NCBI GenBank assembly: GCA_963771355.1
Contig: CAVYTA010000005.1
Location: 896,001-960,000, forward strand
Direction of reading: 5' to 3'
DNA length: 64,000 nucleotides
From: an uncultured Candidatus Rokubacteria bacterium
GTDB lineage: Bacteria; Methylomirabilota; Methylomirabilia; Rokubacteriales; CSP1-6
Shown here: in pieces, positions 51,183 through 63,806 of the stretch
Layout: each line of letters starts with the position of its first letter
Position numbering within the stretch: the first letter of the stretch is position 1
Notes under the pieces: model-generated
What the model was told of the DNA's origin: nothing
Databases searched by the model: none
Seen by the model: only the letters and a program-made list of their open reading frames with translations
Translations under genes and position numbers: made by a program

Positions 51183-51884
51183 TCACCGTTCGATGACGAT
51201 GTGGTCGAAGGTCTCCGCGTACGCATAACCTTTCGGCTTGCCCAGCTCGGCGTTCCGCTCGCGTACGCGCTTCTCGACGGCGGCGAAGTCCTTGAACTGG
51301 CTCGCGTGACAGGCCAGCGCCTTGAGCTTGAGATCCATGGTCTCGGTGATGTCCACCACGATCTCGGGCGTGTCCCACCACATGAGATAGACCTCCTTCA
51401 CCTTGTGGGGCTCGAGGCCCTGGGCGAGGAGCTCGGGGAAGGCCATGTGGTCGCGGGCGAGGGGATAGACGCAGTCCAGCGCGATCCCGGCGGCGGCGCG
51501 ATGGTCGCGGTGAGAGGCGCCGAGATTCTTGGTGCGGTGGGGATTCTGGACGATGAGGAGATCGGGCCGATGCCGGCGGATCTGGGCGGTAACCGCCATG
51601 CGGCTCGCGCGCGTGTTCTCGAGCTCGCAGTCGGGAAAGCCGAGGAACTCCACGGTCTCCACCCCGAGGACCCGCGCGGCATTCTGCTGCTCCTCCTCGC
51701 GGATCTCCGCGAGGCGCTCGGGGGTCATGGTGCGGTCGCCGGAGCCCTTGTTGCCGTTGGTGACGATGCAGTAGGTGACGTGCTTGCCCTCCCGGACCAG
51801 CCGGGCCACCGTCCCGCCCGCGCCGAACTCGGAATCGTCCGGATGGGCGGTCACCACCATCACGCGCTGGATACGCTCGGTCAT
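51183..51884 (-). CDS. PIG-L/LmbE family Zn deacetylase
   Basis: AHPDDSE, HRDH, ACHASQ, YAETF. Confidence 0.9.
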   Translation of the reverse strand: MTERIQRVMVVTAHPDDSEFGAGGTVARLVREGKHVTYCIVTNGNKGSGDRTMTPERLAEIREEEQQNAARVLGVETVEFLGFPDCELENTRASRMAVTAQIRRHRPDLLIVQNPHRTKNLGASHRDHRAAAGIALDCVYPLARDHMAFPELLAQGLEPHKVKEVYLMWWDTPEIVVDITETMDLKLKALACHASQFKDFAAVEKRVRERNAELGKPKGYAYAETFDHIVIER

Positions 51885-51917
51885 GGATTCTCCTTTCCCC
51901 GCCTTATAATGCGGGCC

Positions 51918-52121
51918 GTGGCGAAGAAATCAAGCAGTCTCTTGCTGCTCGCCGTCCTCGTGGTCTTCGCCATCATCGGAGCCCTGCCCGGCGAGGTGGC
52001 GCAGATCCGGGTCGGCCCGCTCTCGCTGCTCTGGTGGTGGGGCGGCGTGCTCGGACCGCTGGTCGCCGTGCTGGCGGCTCTGGTCCCGGCGGGCACGCGC
52101 GACGAGCCCAGCGCCGAATGA
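51918..52121 (+). CDS. Small 2-TM membrane protein (possibly DUF485/YjcH-like)
   Basis: Two hydrophobic segments; TATAAT 7 nt upstream; ATGA overlap with the next gene. Confidence 0.55.
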   Translation: MAKKSSSLLLLAVLVVFAIIGALPGEVAQIRVGPLSLLWWWGGVLGPLVAVLAALVPAGTRDEPSAE

Positions 52122-53611
52122 CCGGTGCCGGCGGGATCCTCGCCGTCTGGCTCTCGCCCGCGGTCTGGCTCACTCTGCCCGCACTGTTCCTTGCGCACGG
52201 CGCGGGCGCGCTGTGGCCCGGTCTGCTTCTGGTGGCGGCCCCGCTACTCGCGCTCGCGGTTCGGCGCGCTCCATCGGACCCGCGGCAGCGCGCGCCGGTG
52301 CCGCTGATCCACATCGTCATTCTCTTTCTTGCCGTGGGCGTGCTCATCTGGGCGGGACTCATCATGGCGGGCGACGTGGCGCTGCGGCTCGGGGGCCCGC
52401 GCTGGCACGGTATCGCCCTGGCCGCCTGCGGCGGGCTCCTCCTCACCGCCTGGCGGGGAGCCGGCCGCGCGCTCCCGGCGCTGCTGCTGATCGCGGCCCT
52501 CGGCCTGGGCCTGCCGCTGGTGCTGCTGGCGCGCGTTGCCGGCGTGGGCCCGCTGGATGCCTGGCGGGTGGTGGCCACCCGCCCGGCCTTCACCTTTCCC
52601 CCCGGGAGCCCGTGGGTGGCGGAGGGCCGCGATCTCCGTTTCGCCCAGGGTCACCGGGCCCTGCACTTCCAGGAGGAGCACCGGCTCACCGCGGCGGGCG
52701 AGGCGGCGCTGCGCCTCGGCACCCGCGACGGGCGGCAGACGACGGAGCGCGCGATCTCGCTGGCCGCGGGCCAGTCCCTGACGGTGCGTCCCGGCGACCG
52801 GCTCGAGGCCACGCCCGGCGCGCGCCTGCGCTTCGAGACGGGCCGTCGCGTGCCCGGCGCTCCCGACACGGGCGTGGCCTGGGCCGCCGGCGCGGCGGGC
52901 GGCACGCGCGCCGGATTCCTCCAGCGCCTGGGGCTGGCGGTCACCGTGCTGGGCGGTGGCATCGCGCTGCTCGGGCCCCCGCTCGTCGGGCGTCCCTCGC
53001 GCCGCGCGCTCGCGGTGGTGGGGGTGGCGCTGGTCGGCGTGCTCTGGCTCGCGCAGGGCTGGGCGGTGTACACGGCGCTGCGCGCACCGGAAGTGTTCCT
53101 CGGCGGCATCTCGCCGGAATGGCTGCTCGACGTGCCGGCGCTCGTGCTCACCAGCCGGACCAGCGCGTGGCGGGCGCAGACGATGCTCGTCATCGCGGTG
53201 GCGGCGGGCTTTCTCGCGTCCACGGTGGCGCTGCGCGCGCGGCTGTCGGCCGCGGACACCACCGGCGGCGGCGAGATCGGCAGCGATCTCGGCCTCTGGA
53301 GCATGGTCTTCGGCGTGGCCGCGCTGGCGAGCCTCTGGGCGGTGGATCCGTGGCGGCTCGCGCTGGCGGCGCTCGGCGCGGCGGCGGCGGTGCTGGTGCC
53401 GGCCGCCCTGCTTCCCGGCGCGGCCTCGCGGCCGGTGGTGGCGACGGCGGCGGGCCTCGCGGGTCTCACCGTGTTCGCGCTGCTCCTGCTCGCCGGCCGC
53501 CTGGGGGGCGGAGGCTCGTGGCTGGACCCGGTATACGAGCAGCCCGCGCTGGCCGCCGTGCCCGCCGGCATTGTCGTGCTGTGGCTCGGCGCGCGGCGCG
53601 CGGGCGCCTGA
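52118..53611 (+). CDS. Membrane protein, possibly a highly diverged sodium:solute symporter (ActP-like)
   Basis: Many TM segments, AVWLSPA, AGFLAS, a central soluble insert, and an upstream small membrane partner. Confidence 0.5.
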   Translation: MTGAGGILAVWLSPAVWLTLPALFLAHGAGALWPGLLLVAAPLLALAVRRAPSDPRQRAPVPLIHIVILFLAVGVLIWAGLIMAGDVALRLGGPRWHGIALAACGGLLLTAWRGAGRALPALLLIAALGLGLPLVLLARVAGVGPLDAWRVVATRPAFTFPPGSPWVAEGRDLRFAQGHRALHFQEEHRLTAAGEAALRLGTRDGRQTTERAISLAAGQSLTVRPGDRLEATPGARLRFETGRRVPGAPDTGVAWAAGAAGGTRAGFLQRLGLAVTVLGGGIALLGPPLVGRPSRRALAVVGVALVGVLWLAQGWAVYTALRAPEVFLGGISPEWLLDVPALVLTSRTSAWRAQTMLVIAVAAGFLASTVALRARLSAADTTGGGEIGSDLGLWSMVFGVAALASLWAVDPWRLALAALGAAAAVLVPAALLPGAASRPVVATAAGLAGLTVFALLLLAGRLGGGGSWLDPVYEQPALAAVPAGIVVLWLGARRAGA

Positions 53612-53615
53612 TCCG

Positions 53616-54815
53616 ATGGCCGCCGCGCCGGACGACAAGGGGGCGCTGTACACGCGCGCCCTCCTGGCCGCGATCGCGATCACCATCGCCATCCACGTGG
53701 CGACCTATTTGCTCCAGGCCGTGCTGCCCTTTCACGCGACCGCGCTGGGCGCGACCGGCACCCAGGTGGGCTTTCTCTTCTCGATGAACGCGGGAGTGGC
53801 CATGTTCCTCCGTCCCGCGGTCGGAGGCTGGGTGGACCGCTACGGGGTGCGCGTGGTGCTCGTGCCGGGCGTGCTGGTGCTCGCCCTCACCTCGCTGGCC
53901 TTTCACGCGGCGGCGTCGCCGGTCGCGCTCATCGCGCTGATGGCCGGCATCGGGCTGTCCAACGGGCTGGTCTCCACCGCGGCGGGCGTGCTGGCGGCGC
54001 AGGCGACGGTGCCGGCGCGCCGCGGGGAGGCCCTCGGTGTCTACTACGTGGCGACGTCGCTGGCGGTGACGATGGCGGCGCCGGGCGGCATCGCGCTCTA
54101 CCGCTGGGGCGGCATACGGCCCGCCTACGTGGTGGTCACCGTGCTGGCCGTCACCATCGCGGCGCTCACGTTCCTCATGACGCCGGCGGGCCCGTCCGGC
54201 CCGCCCGCCGCCTCGGCACGGTTCCGGTTCTGGAGCCGGCACGCGCTGGGGCCGGCCGCGGTGATGGTGCTGGTGACCCTGGGCTGGAGCTCGATCGTCG
54301 GGTTCGTGCCCCTGCATGCCGTGCGCCACGGCCTCGACGCCGTGCTGCCATGGTTCTTCGGCATCTACTCGGGCTGGCTGCTGCTCTGCCGGGTCCTCCT
54401 GCGCGGCCTCTCCGATCAGATCGGGCGCGCGCGCGTGCTCGTGCCCGCCATGGCCGCCTCCGCGCTGGGCTTCCTGCTCCTGGCCCTGACGCCGCCCAGC
54501 GCGATGGTGCTGCTCGTCGCGGCCTTTCTCCTCGGCACCGGCGCCTCGCTGACGTATCCGACCATGGTGGCGCTGCTGGTGGACCGCACCCCGGACCGCG
54601 AGCGCGGGCTCGCCATGGGCACGCTGTCCGCCTCCTGGGATGTGGGCGTCGTGGTGGGCTCGGCACTGGTGGGCGCCGTCATCGAGCGCGCCTCCTTCGG
54701 CACGGGCTTCGGCGTGGGCGCGGCGGGCGCCTGCGCGGCGGTGGCCCTCTTTCTCGCGTTGGAGCGTCGCCTCGATCGGGCGCCCGCTTACTCTCGGCCA
54801 GCGGCCGGGGTATGA
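53616..54815 (+). CDS. MFS transporter
   Basis: GGWVDRYGVR, RRGEALG, GLSDQIGR, ERGLAMG. Confidence 0.9.
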   Translation: MAAAPDDKGALYTRALLAAIAITIAIHVATYLLQAVLPFHATALGATGTQVGFLFSMNAGVAMFLRPAVGGWVDRYGVRVVLVPGVLVLALTSLAFHAAASPVALIALMAGIGLSNGLVSTAAGVLAAQATVPARRGEALGVYYVATSLAVTMAAPGGIALYRWGGIRPAYVVVTVLAVTIAALTFLMTPAGPSGPPAASARFRFWSRHALGPAAVMVLVTLGWSSIVGFVPLHAVRHGLDAVLPWFFGIYSGWLLLCRVLLRGLSDQIGRARVLVPAMAASALGFLLLALTPPSAMVLLVAAFLLGTGASLTYPTMVALLVDRTPDRERGLAMGTLSASWDVGVVVGSALVGAVIERASFGTGFGVGAAGACAAVALFLALERRLDRAPAYSRPAAGV

Positions 54816-54824
54816 TCGGGGATC

Positions 54825-57598
<2,774 letters not shown>

Positions 57599-57602
<4 letters not shown>

Positions 57603-59026
57603 GGCGCACCAAGATCGTCTGCACCATCGGACCGGCTTCCTCGAGCCGCGAGATGCTGGACCGGCTCGTGGCCGCCGGGATGGACGTGGCCCGGCTCAAC
57701 TTCTCGCACGGCACCCACGAGGAGCACGCGGAGGTGATGCGGTCCATCCGCGAGGGCGAGGCCACCTGGGGCCACCCCGTCACCATCGTGCAGGACCTCC
57801 AGGGCCCGAAGGTGCGGCTCGGCCGCTTCGTGGGCGGGCAGGCGCTCCTGCTCAACGGCGAGACCTTCACGCTGTCGGCCAAGAACATCATGGGTACCGA
57901 CACGCGGGCCACGCTGTCGCATCCCGAGTTCCTCCCCGTGCTCAAGAAGGGCGATCAGGTGTGGATGGACGACGGGATGATCCAGCTCGTGGTGGAGTCG
58001 GCGTCCGCGGAGGAGGCGGTGTGCCGGGTGACGGCGGGTGGGGTGGTGTCCGATCACAAGGGCATCTCGCTACCGCGCATTCCGGTGCCGGTGGCCTCGC
58101 TCACCGAGAAGGACCGCGAGGACCTGCGCTTCGGCATCGCCCAGGGCGTGGACTACGTGGCGGTGTCCTTCGTGCGCAACGTCGCCGACATCCAGGAGGT
58201 GCGGAAGTTCATCCACGCCCAGGGGGCGGATCTTCCCATCATCGCCAAGCTCGAGCGCGCCGAGGTGATGGGCAACCTGCCCGGCATCCTCCCGCTGGTG
58301 GACGCGGTGATGGTGGCGCGCGGCGACCTCGGCGTGGAGGTACCGCTGGAGGACGTGCCGGTGATCCAGAAGGAGATCATCCGGCAGGCGCGGCTGGCCA
58401 AGGTGCCGGTGATCGTCGCCACCCAGATGCTCGAGTCCATGGTGCGCCACATCCGCCCCACGCGCGCCGAGGTGACCGACGTGGCCACCGCCATCTTCGA
58501 CGGTGCCGACGCCACCATGCTCTCGGCGGAGACGGCGACCGGGCGTTTCCCCGCGGAGACGGTGCGGGTGATGGCGCGCATCGCGGAGCGCGCGGAACAG
58601 GCGTTGTCCAAGAACCCCGCGGACCAGCGCCGCGGGGAGCGCGGGGAGGCCTACGGCTTCCCGGAGGCCACCTCGCAGGCGGCCTGCCACGCCGCGCGGG
58701 TGCTGCACGCCAAGGCCATCGTGGCCTTCACCCAGTCGGGGTTCACCGCGCGTCTCATCTCGGAGGAGCGGCCGGACGTGCCCATCCTCGCGCTGACGCC
58801 CTTCCCCGAGGTGCAGCGGCGGCTCGGCCTCTACTGGGGAGTCGTCTCGCGCCTGATCCGGAAGGTGGAGACCACCGACGAGATGGTCGACGAGATCGAG
58901 TCCACCCTGCTGTCCGACGGGACCGTGCGCAACAACGACGTGCTCGTCATCATCTCGGGCGCGCCGATGTGGGTGACCGGGACCACCAATCTGCTGAAGT
59001 TCCACCGCGTCGGCGAGCGCCGCTAG
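57599..59026 (+). CDS. pyk: Pyruvate kinase
   Basis: [43 protein letters not shown]. Confidence 0.97.
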
Positions 59027-59151
59027 TGCCGGGCCAATTGACTTCGCCATACTTCGTTCTCGGTCGGCGCCGCCCCTCGACGTACAACCACGTACGCCTC
59101 GGGCCGTCGCCTCCCTCGGGCCTCGTCTGGCTCGCCACTTGGCCCGGCACT
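59025..59151. repeat. Repeat family B, second copy (~127-bp imperfect palindrome)
   Basis: Terminal IR AGTGCCGGGCCAA/TTGGCCCGGCACT; core CTTCGTT...CTCGACGTAC-N6-GTACGCCTCG...GCCTCG. Confidence 0.8.
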
Positions 59152-59168
59152 GTTCCAGGGAGACCGTG

Positions 59169-59957
59169 ATGGCCTACCAGACGCTCGGATACGAGGTGAA
59201 GGACGCGATCGCCACCCTCACCCTCAACCGTCCCGACGCCTACAACGCGCTCAACCTCACCCTCGGGCGGGATCTCTTCCACGCCACGCTGGAGGCGGAC
59301 GAGGATCCCGGGGTCCGGTGCATCGTGGTGACGGGGGCGGGGAAGGCCTTCTGCGCGGGCGGCGACGTCAAGGACTTCGCGGAGGCGGGCGACCGCGTGG
59401 GGGTGGTGATCAAGGAGCTGACGACCTATCTCCACGGCGCGGTGTCGCGCCTGGCGCGGACCGCCAAGCCGGTGATCATGGGCATCAATGGCATCGCCGC
59501 CGGCGGCGGGATGAGCTTCGCCCTCGCCGGTGATCTCGTGGTGGCGGCGGAGTCGGCGAAGTTCACCATGGCGTATTCTCGGATTGCGGCCTCCCCCGAC
59601 GGCTCCTCGTCGTATTTCCTGCCGCGCCTGATCGGGCTGCGCCGGGCGCTGGAGCTGCACTACACCAACCGTGTCCTCACCGCCCGCGAGGCACTGGACT
59701 GGGGGCTGGTGAATCGCGTGCATCCGGACGCGGAGTTTCCGGGCGCCCTGGCCGGGCTGGCCCGCGAGCTGGCGGCGGGGCCCACCCTGGCCTTCGGCCG
59801 CGCCAAGCAGCTCTTCCACCAGTCCACGCAGGAAAGCCTGGAGACCCAGATGGAGCTCGAGGCGCAGGCCATCGCCGCCAGCGGCCATACCGCGGACTTC
59901 CAGGCGGGCGTGAAAGCCTTCGCCGCCAAGCAGCCGGTCAGCTTCCGGGGACGCTGA
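59169..59957 (+). CDS. Enoyl-CoA hydratase/isomerase (PaaG-like)
   Basis: LNRPDAYNAL, AFCAGGDV, GIAAGGG, SPDGSSSYFLPRLIG. Confidence 0.9.
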   Translation: MAYQTLGYEVKDAIATLTLNRPDAYNALNLTLGRDLFHATLEADEDPGVRCIVVTGAGKAFCAGGDVKDFAEAGDRVGVVIKELTTYLHGAVSRLARTAKPVIMGINGIAAGGGMSFALAGDLVVAAESAKFTMAYSRIAASPDGSSSYFLPRLIGLRRALELHYTNRVLTAREALDWGLVNRVHPDAEFPGALAGLARELAAGPTLAFGRAKQLFHQSTQESLETQMELEAQAIAASGHTADFQAGVKAFAAKQPVSFRGR

Positions 59958-59961
59958 CCGC

Positions 59962-60555
59962 TTGGCCTCGGGAAGCTGGGAAGACGTGGCGCGCGGCTAT
60001 CGGCGCTACCGGCAGCTGCCGGTGTGGGCGGGGCAGAAGGCGATGCCGAATAATCAAGGACTTCTGTCGCGTGAGCTGATCCGGGACATGAAGGCGCGCG
60101 GCGCCAAGGCGGCCGCGGACGTGGAGGCCGCGCTGGCGCGCCTGGTCGGTGAGGCCGCGCTACCAGAGACCCCCCGCACGCTCGAGCAGCGTCACGTGGA
60201 CGGCCTCGCCGCGAAGCGGCGGCTGGGACGGGAGACGCTCGAGGCCCTCTGGGAGGCCATCGTGTTCGACCGGGGCGGCTACACCTGCGCCTACTGCGGC
60301 CGGACGCCGGAGAGCGTCTCCCACGCGGAGGGCCGGCGGCGCGGGCTGCTCCTGGTGGTGGACCACTTCAGCGCCCGCTCGACGCTGGCCGAGCGGCACC
60401 GCCTCGACAATAGCGTCACGTCCTGCGCGTCCTGCCGTGCGGTGAAGGCCGACCTGCCGCGCGATCCCTTCCTCGACGAGCTGCGCTCGCAGGCGAGCGC
60501 GGTGGCGGCGCGGCACGCGCGCTCGGAAGGCGCGCGCGGGGAGGCCGCCGGCTGA
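59962..60555 (+). CDS. HNH-like Zn-finger nuclease domain protein
   Basis: DRGGYTCAYCG...VVDH...DNSVTSCASC; the final Asn/His is replaced by Arg. Confidence 0.7.
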   Translation: MASGSWEDVARGYRRYRQLPVWAGQKAMPNNQGLLSRELIRDMKARGAKAAADVEAALARLVGEAALPETPRTLEQRHVDGLAAKRRLGRETLEALWEAIVFDRGGYTCAYCGRTPESVSHAEGRRRGLLLVVDHFSARSTLAERHRLDNSVTSCASCRAVKADLPRDPFLDELRSQASAVAARHARSEGARGEAAG

Positions 60556-61924
60556 TGAAGCGCGGCCGCGCGGCGCAGGCCGCGCTCCTGCTCTCCCCCT
60601 TCCTGATTTCCCTCCTGCTGTTCCCGCCCGCCCCGTTTTCGGCTGGTCGCTCTCCGTCGGCTCCACCACCGGCAATCGTGTGGCCGCCGGGCGCGGCAGC
60701 TTTCCGCGCTTTCACGCGTTCGGCATCGCGACCGAGGTGCCGATGCGCTGGGTGGTCCTGCTGGACCCGACGCGGCTCGCCACCGTGGATCGCGAGGGCA
60801 CGATGTGGATCCTCGACGCCTCCCGCAGCGGACTCGGCGTGGCGGCGCGCTACGGCGAGGTGGTGAACCCGGAGGCGCCGCCCGCGGTGGTGGCGCTGGA
60901 CGAAGACCAGGTGGGCCTGGCCCTGATCGGCCGCGACGGCCGCCTCATGCTCTGGAGCGATGAGGCCCTGCGGAGCTACGACGTGGGGGCGCCGCTCTCT
61001 CAGCTCGCCGTTCCCACCCCGGTGCGGCTGACCGGCCAGCACTGGGATGATCTGCTCGCGGTGGCGGCGGACGGCGCGGTGGTGCTCATCGGCGGCCTGC
61101 CCTCGGGGCCCCGCATCGTGTCGCGGGTCGAGGTCCGGGCCTTGCCGGACGCGCGCATCACGCTGGCCGACCTCGACGGCGACGGCATGCCGGAGGCGGT
61201 GATCCTGACCGACCCCACGGAGCGGTACTCGCAGGGCTTGCTGGGGGACCGCGCCGAGGCGGCGAGCGTCACCGTGATCGGCGTCACGCCCTTCGGCCTG
61301 TCGCTGCGGGGGCGGCACGCGCTGCCCACCGCCGTCTTCGAGGATCTCGTTCCCGTGCTCGCGCCGCTCGGTCCGGGGAGCCGCCCCGCGGTGCTGATGG
61401 CGCGGAGCACGGCCCAGCAGGGAACGGTGGTCAGCGCGCTGGGCTGGCGGGACGGGGCACTGGTGGCCCTGGCCGAGAGTCCGCCCGCGGACCAGGCCGA
61501 TCGCTGGATCCACGTGGTGGGGGTGGCCGATCTGTCGCGTGACGGCTCACCCGAGGTGGTGGCGGTGCGCACTCCCCATCTGGGCGGCGTGCTGACCGCC
61601 TATCGCCGCAAGGGGGCCGCGCTCAACGTGGCCGCCCAGGTGGTCGGCTTCGCCTCCCACACCGCGGGCTCGCGCAACGCGGACCAGGCCCTCATCGCGG
61701 ACCTCGACGGGAACGGACGGCTGGAGGTGATCGTGTCCCGCCCGTCGCGGGAGACCCTGGTGGGGCTGGAGCGCAACGGCTCCCGCTTCGTGGAGCGGTG
61801 GAACATCCACCTCCGCGCCGCCATCGAGTCCAACCTGCTCGCCGCCGACGTGGACGGCGACGGGCTGCTCGATCTGGTGGTCGCGGATCGGCGGGCGCTC
61901 TACGTGTTCTTCAGCGTAAGATAG
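60555..61924 (+). CDS. Secreted FG-GAP/VCBS repeat protein; frameshift at ~60620-60670
   Basis: Signal peptide in ORF 60555; ADLDGDG, ADLSRDG, ADLDGNG and ADVDGDG repeats in ORF 60680..61924. Confidence 0.75.
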
Positions 61925-61929
61925 CGGGC

Positions 61930-62670
61930 ATGCGCCCCCGACTCTTCTATCGCCCCGGCTGAAGCAGCTGCGCCAAGACGAAGGAGCTCCTCACGTCTTG
62001 GGGGGTCGAGTTCGACCCGGTGAACGTCGAAGGAAATCCCGCCGGCCTGGAGGAGCTGCATGCGGCCGGCGTGCCGCTCGTTCCCGCGGTGGTGGTGGAT
62101 GGGCGCGCCGTGCACGGCTGGAATCCGCCCGGCTATGCCGCGCTGCTCGGCGTCGAGTATCACCCGGCGGTGCAGCTCTCGCCCCGTACGCTGGCCACGC
62201 GCCTCGACCACATCCTCGCCTGCACCGGGCGGCTGGTAGCGGCGTTGCCGGCCACCGCGCTCGCCTACAAGCCGCCGGAGCGCGACCGCGACCTGCGCAA
62301 TCTCGGCTTCCACGTGTTCCGCCTGGCGCTGGCCTTCGCCGACGGCATGGACCGGGGCGAGTTCCCCGAAGGTTGGCTGCAGGAAAAGGCGCCCGCCGAC
62401 CTGGTCGACGGACCGTCCATCGCGCGCTACGGCGCGCTGGTGCGCGGCCGCCTGGCCGGCTGGTTCGAGGGGGCGGGGGATGGGGAGTTTGCCCGCACCA
62501 TCGCGGTCTACTACGGGCCGCAGTCCGGGCATGATCTCCTCGAGCGCACGACCTGGCATGCCGCCCAGCATCTCCGCCAGCTCCATGTGATGACGGAGGG
62601 GCTGGGCCTGCGACCGCCGGACCCGCTGCCCGACTTCACCGGCCTGCCCTTGCCCGCGAGTCTCTGGTGA
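61930..62670 (+). CDS. Putative selenoprotein: glutaredoxin-like (UxxC) domain fused to a DinB-like domain
   Basis: ATG 61930 reads MRPRLFYRPG-TGA(61960)-SSCAKTKELLTSWGVEFDPVNV in frame with ORF 62020..62670; LVPAV cis-Pro motif; DinB-type LGFHVF and WHAAQHLRQL. Confidence 0.85.
61973..62001 (+). promoter_or_regulatory. Candidate bacterial SECIS element
   Basis: CCAAGACG-AAGGAGCTCCTCA-CGTCTTGG stem-loop starting 10 nt after the in-frame TGA. Confidence 0.6.
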
Positions 62671-62686
62671 GGGGAGGAGGCGTCCG

Positions 62687-63802
62687 GTGAGCCTGATCTC
62701 GAAGTCGGAGTTCGTGGGGCTGGATGGCGTGACGCATCTCTGCACCGGCGGCGAGGCGCCGTGGCTCCGGTCCCACGACGCCGCTTGTGCGCGCTTCGGT
62801 GAGCTCAAGAGCGCGGGCATGGCCGGGCGCGAGGCGATCTTCGGCGTCTACGGGCGTGCCAAGTCGCGCGTGGCGCGCCGGCTCGGCGTGTCCCCCGAGC
62901 GGGTCGCCTTCCTCGCCCATTCCTCCGAGGGCCTGAACCAGGCGGTGCGGGCGGTGGACTGGCGTCGGGGCGACAATGCCGTGTTCGCGGACCTCGAGTA
63001 TCCCTCGCTGGTCTTTCCCGTCGCGGGGCTGGCCGACCGCGGGGTCGAGCCGCGCGTGGTGCGGACGCTGGGCCATCACCTCTCCATGGATGCCCTCGCC
63101 GCCGCGGTGGATGCGCGCACGCGCCTGGTGCTGGTGAGCCAGGTGAGCTATCTCACCGGGCAGCGCCTCGACCTCGCCCGCTGCGCCGAGCTGGCGCGGC
63201 GACGCGGCGCCTGGCTCGCGGTGGACGCGACCCATGCCCTGGGGGTGGTGCCGGTGCCCGGCGACGTCTGCGACTTCGTGGTGTCGTCCTGCTACAAGTG
63301 GCTGCTCGCCACCCACGGGGTGGGCATCTTCGCCTACAGCGCGGAGCGGGTGGGGGAGCTCGCGCCCGCCACCATCGGCTGGCATAGCGTGGAGGGTCGC
63401 GGAGGCTTCGAGGATCCCCTGGCCATGCCGCTCCGTCGGACGGCGGCGCGGCTCGAGGCGGGCAACCCGTCGCTGCTGCCGCTGTTCGTGCTCGACAATG
63501 CGCTCGAGCGCACCGAGGGACTCGACCTCGGCACGGTCGAGCGTCATGCCCAGGCGCTGGGCGCGCGCCTCATCGAGGGGCTCACCGCGCGCGGGCGCAA
63601 GGTGATCACCCCCGAGGCGCCCGCCGAGCGGGCGGGGAATGTCTGTTTCCTCGCCGACGACGCGCGGGGGTTGGCCGACCGCCTCGCCACGCGAAAGGTG
63701 CTCGTCTGGGGGGGCGACGGCCGCATCCGCGTCTCCGCCCACCTCTACAACGATGGGGAGGACGTGGCCGCCTTCTTCGCGGCGATGGACGCGGTCGGCT
63801 AG
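62687..63802 (+). CDS. Aminotransferase class V PLP enzyme (cysteine desulfurase/selenocysteine lyase/C-S lyase-like)
   Basis: SSEGLN, LEYPS, VDATHALG, SCYKWLL (PLP Lys), RVSAHLYN. Confidence 0.88.
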   Translation: MSLISKSEFVGLDGVTHLCTGGEAPWLRSHDAACARFGELKSAGMAGREAIFGVYGRAKSRVARRLGVSPERVAFLAHSSEGLNQAVRAVDWRRGDNAVFADLEYPSLVFPVAGLADRGVEPRVVRTLGHHLSMDALAAAVDARTRLVLVSQVSYLTGQRLDLARCAELARRRGAWLAVDATHALGVVPVPGDVCDFVVSSCYKWLLATHGVGIFAYSAERVGELAPATIGWHSVEGRGGFEDPLAMPLRRTAARLEAGNPSLLPLFVLDNALERTEGLDLGTVERHAQALGARLIEGLTARGRKVITPEAPAERAGNVCFLADDARGLADRLATRKVLVWGGDGRIRVSAHLYNDGEDVAAFFAAMDAVG

Positions 63803-63806
63803 ATCC

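Noticed and set aside
59962..60555. HNH protein as IscB/Cas9-like or homing endonuclease
   Set aside because: Too short, with no RuvC motifs and no flanking intron, array or IS ends.
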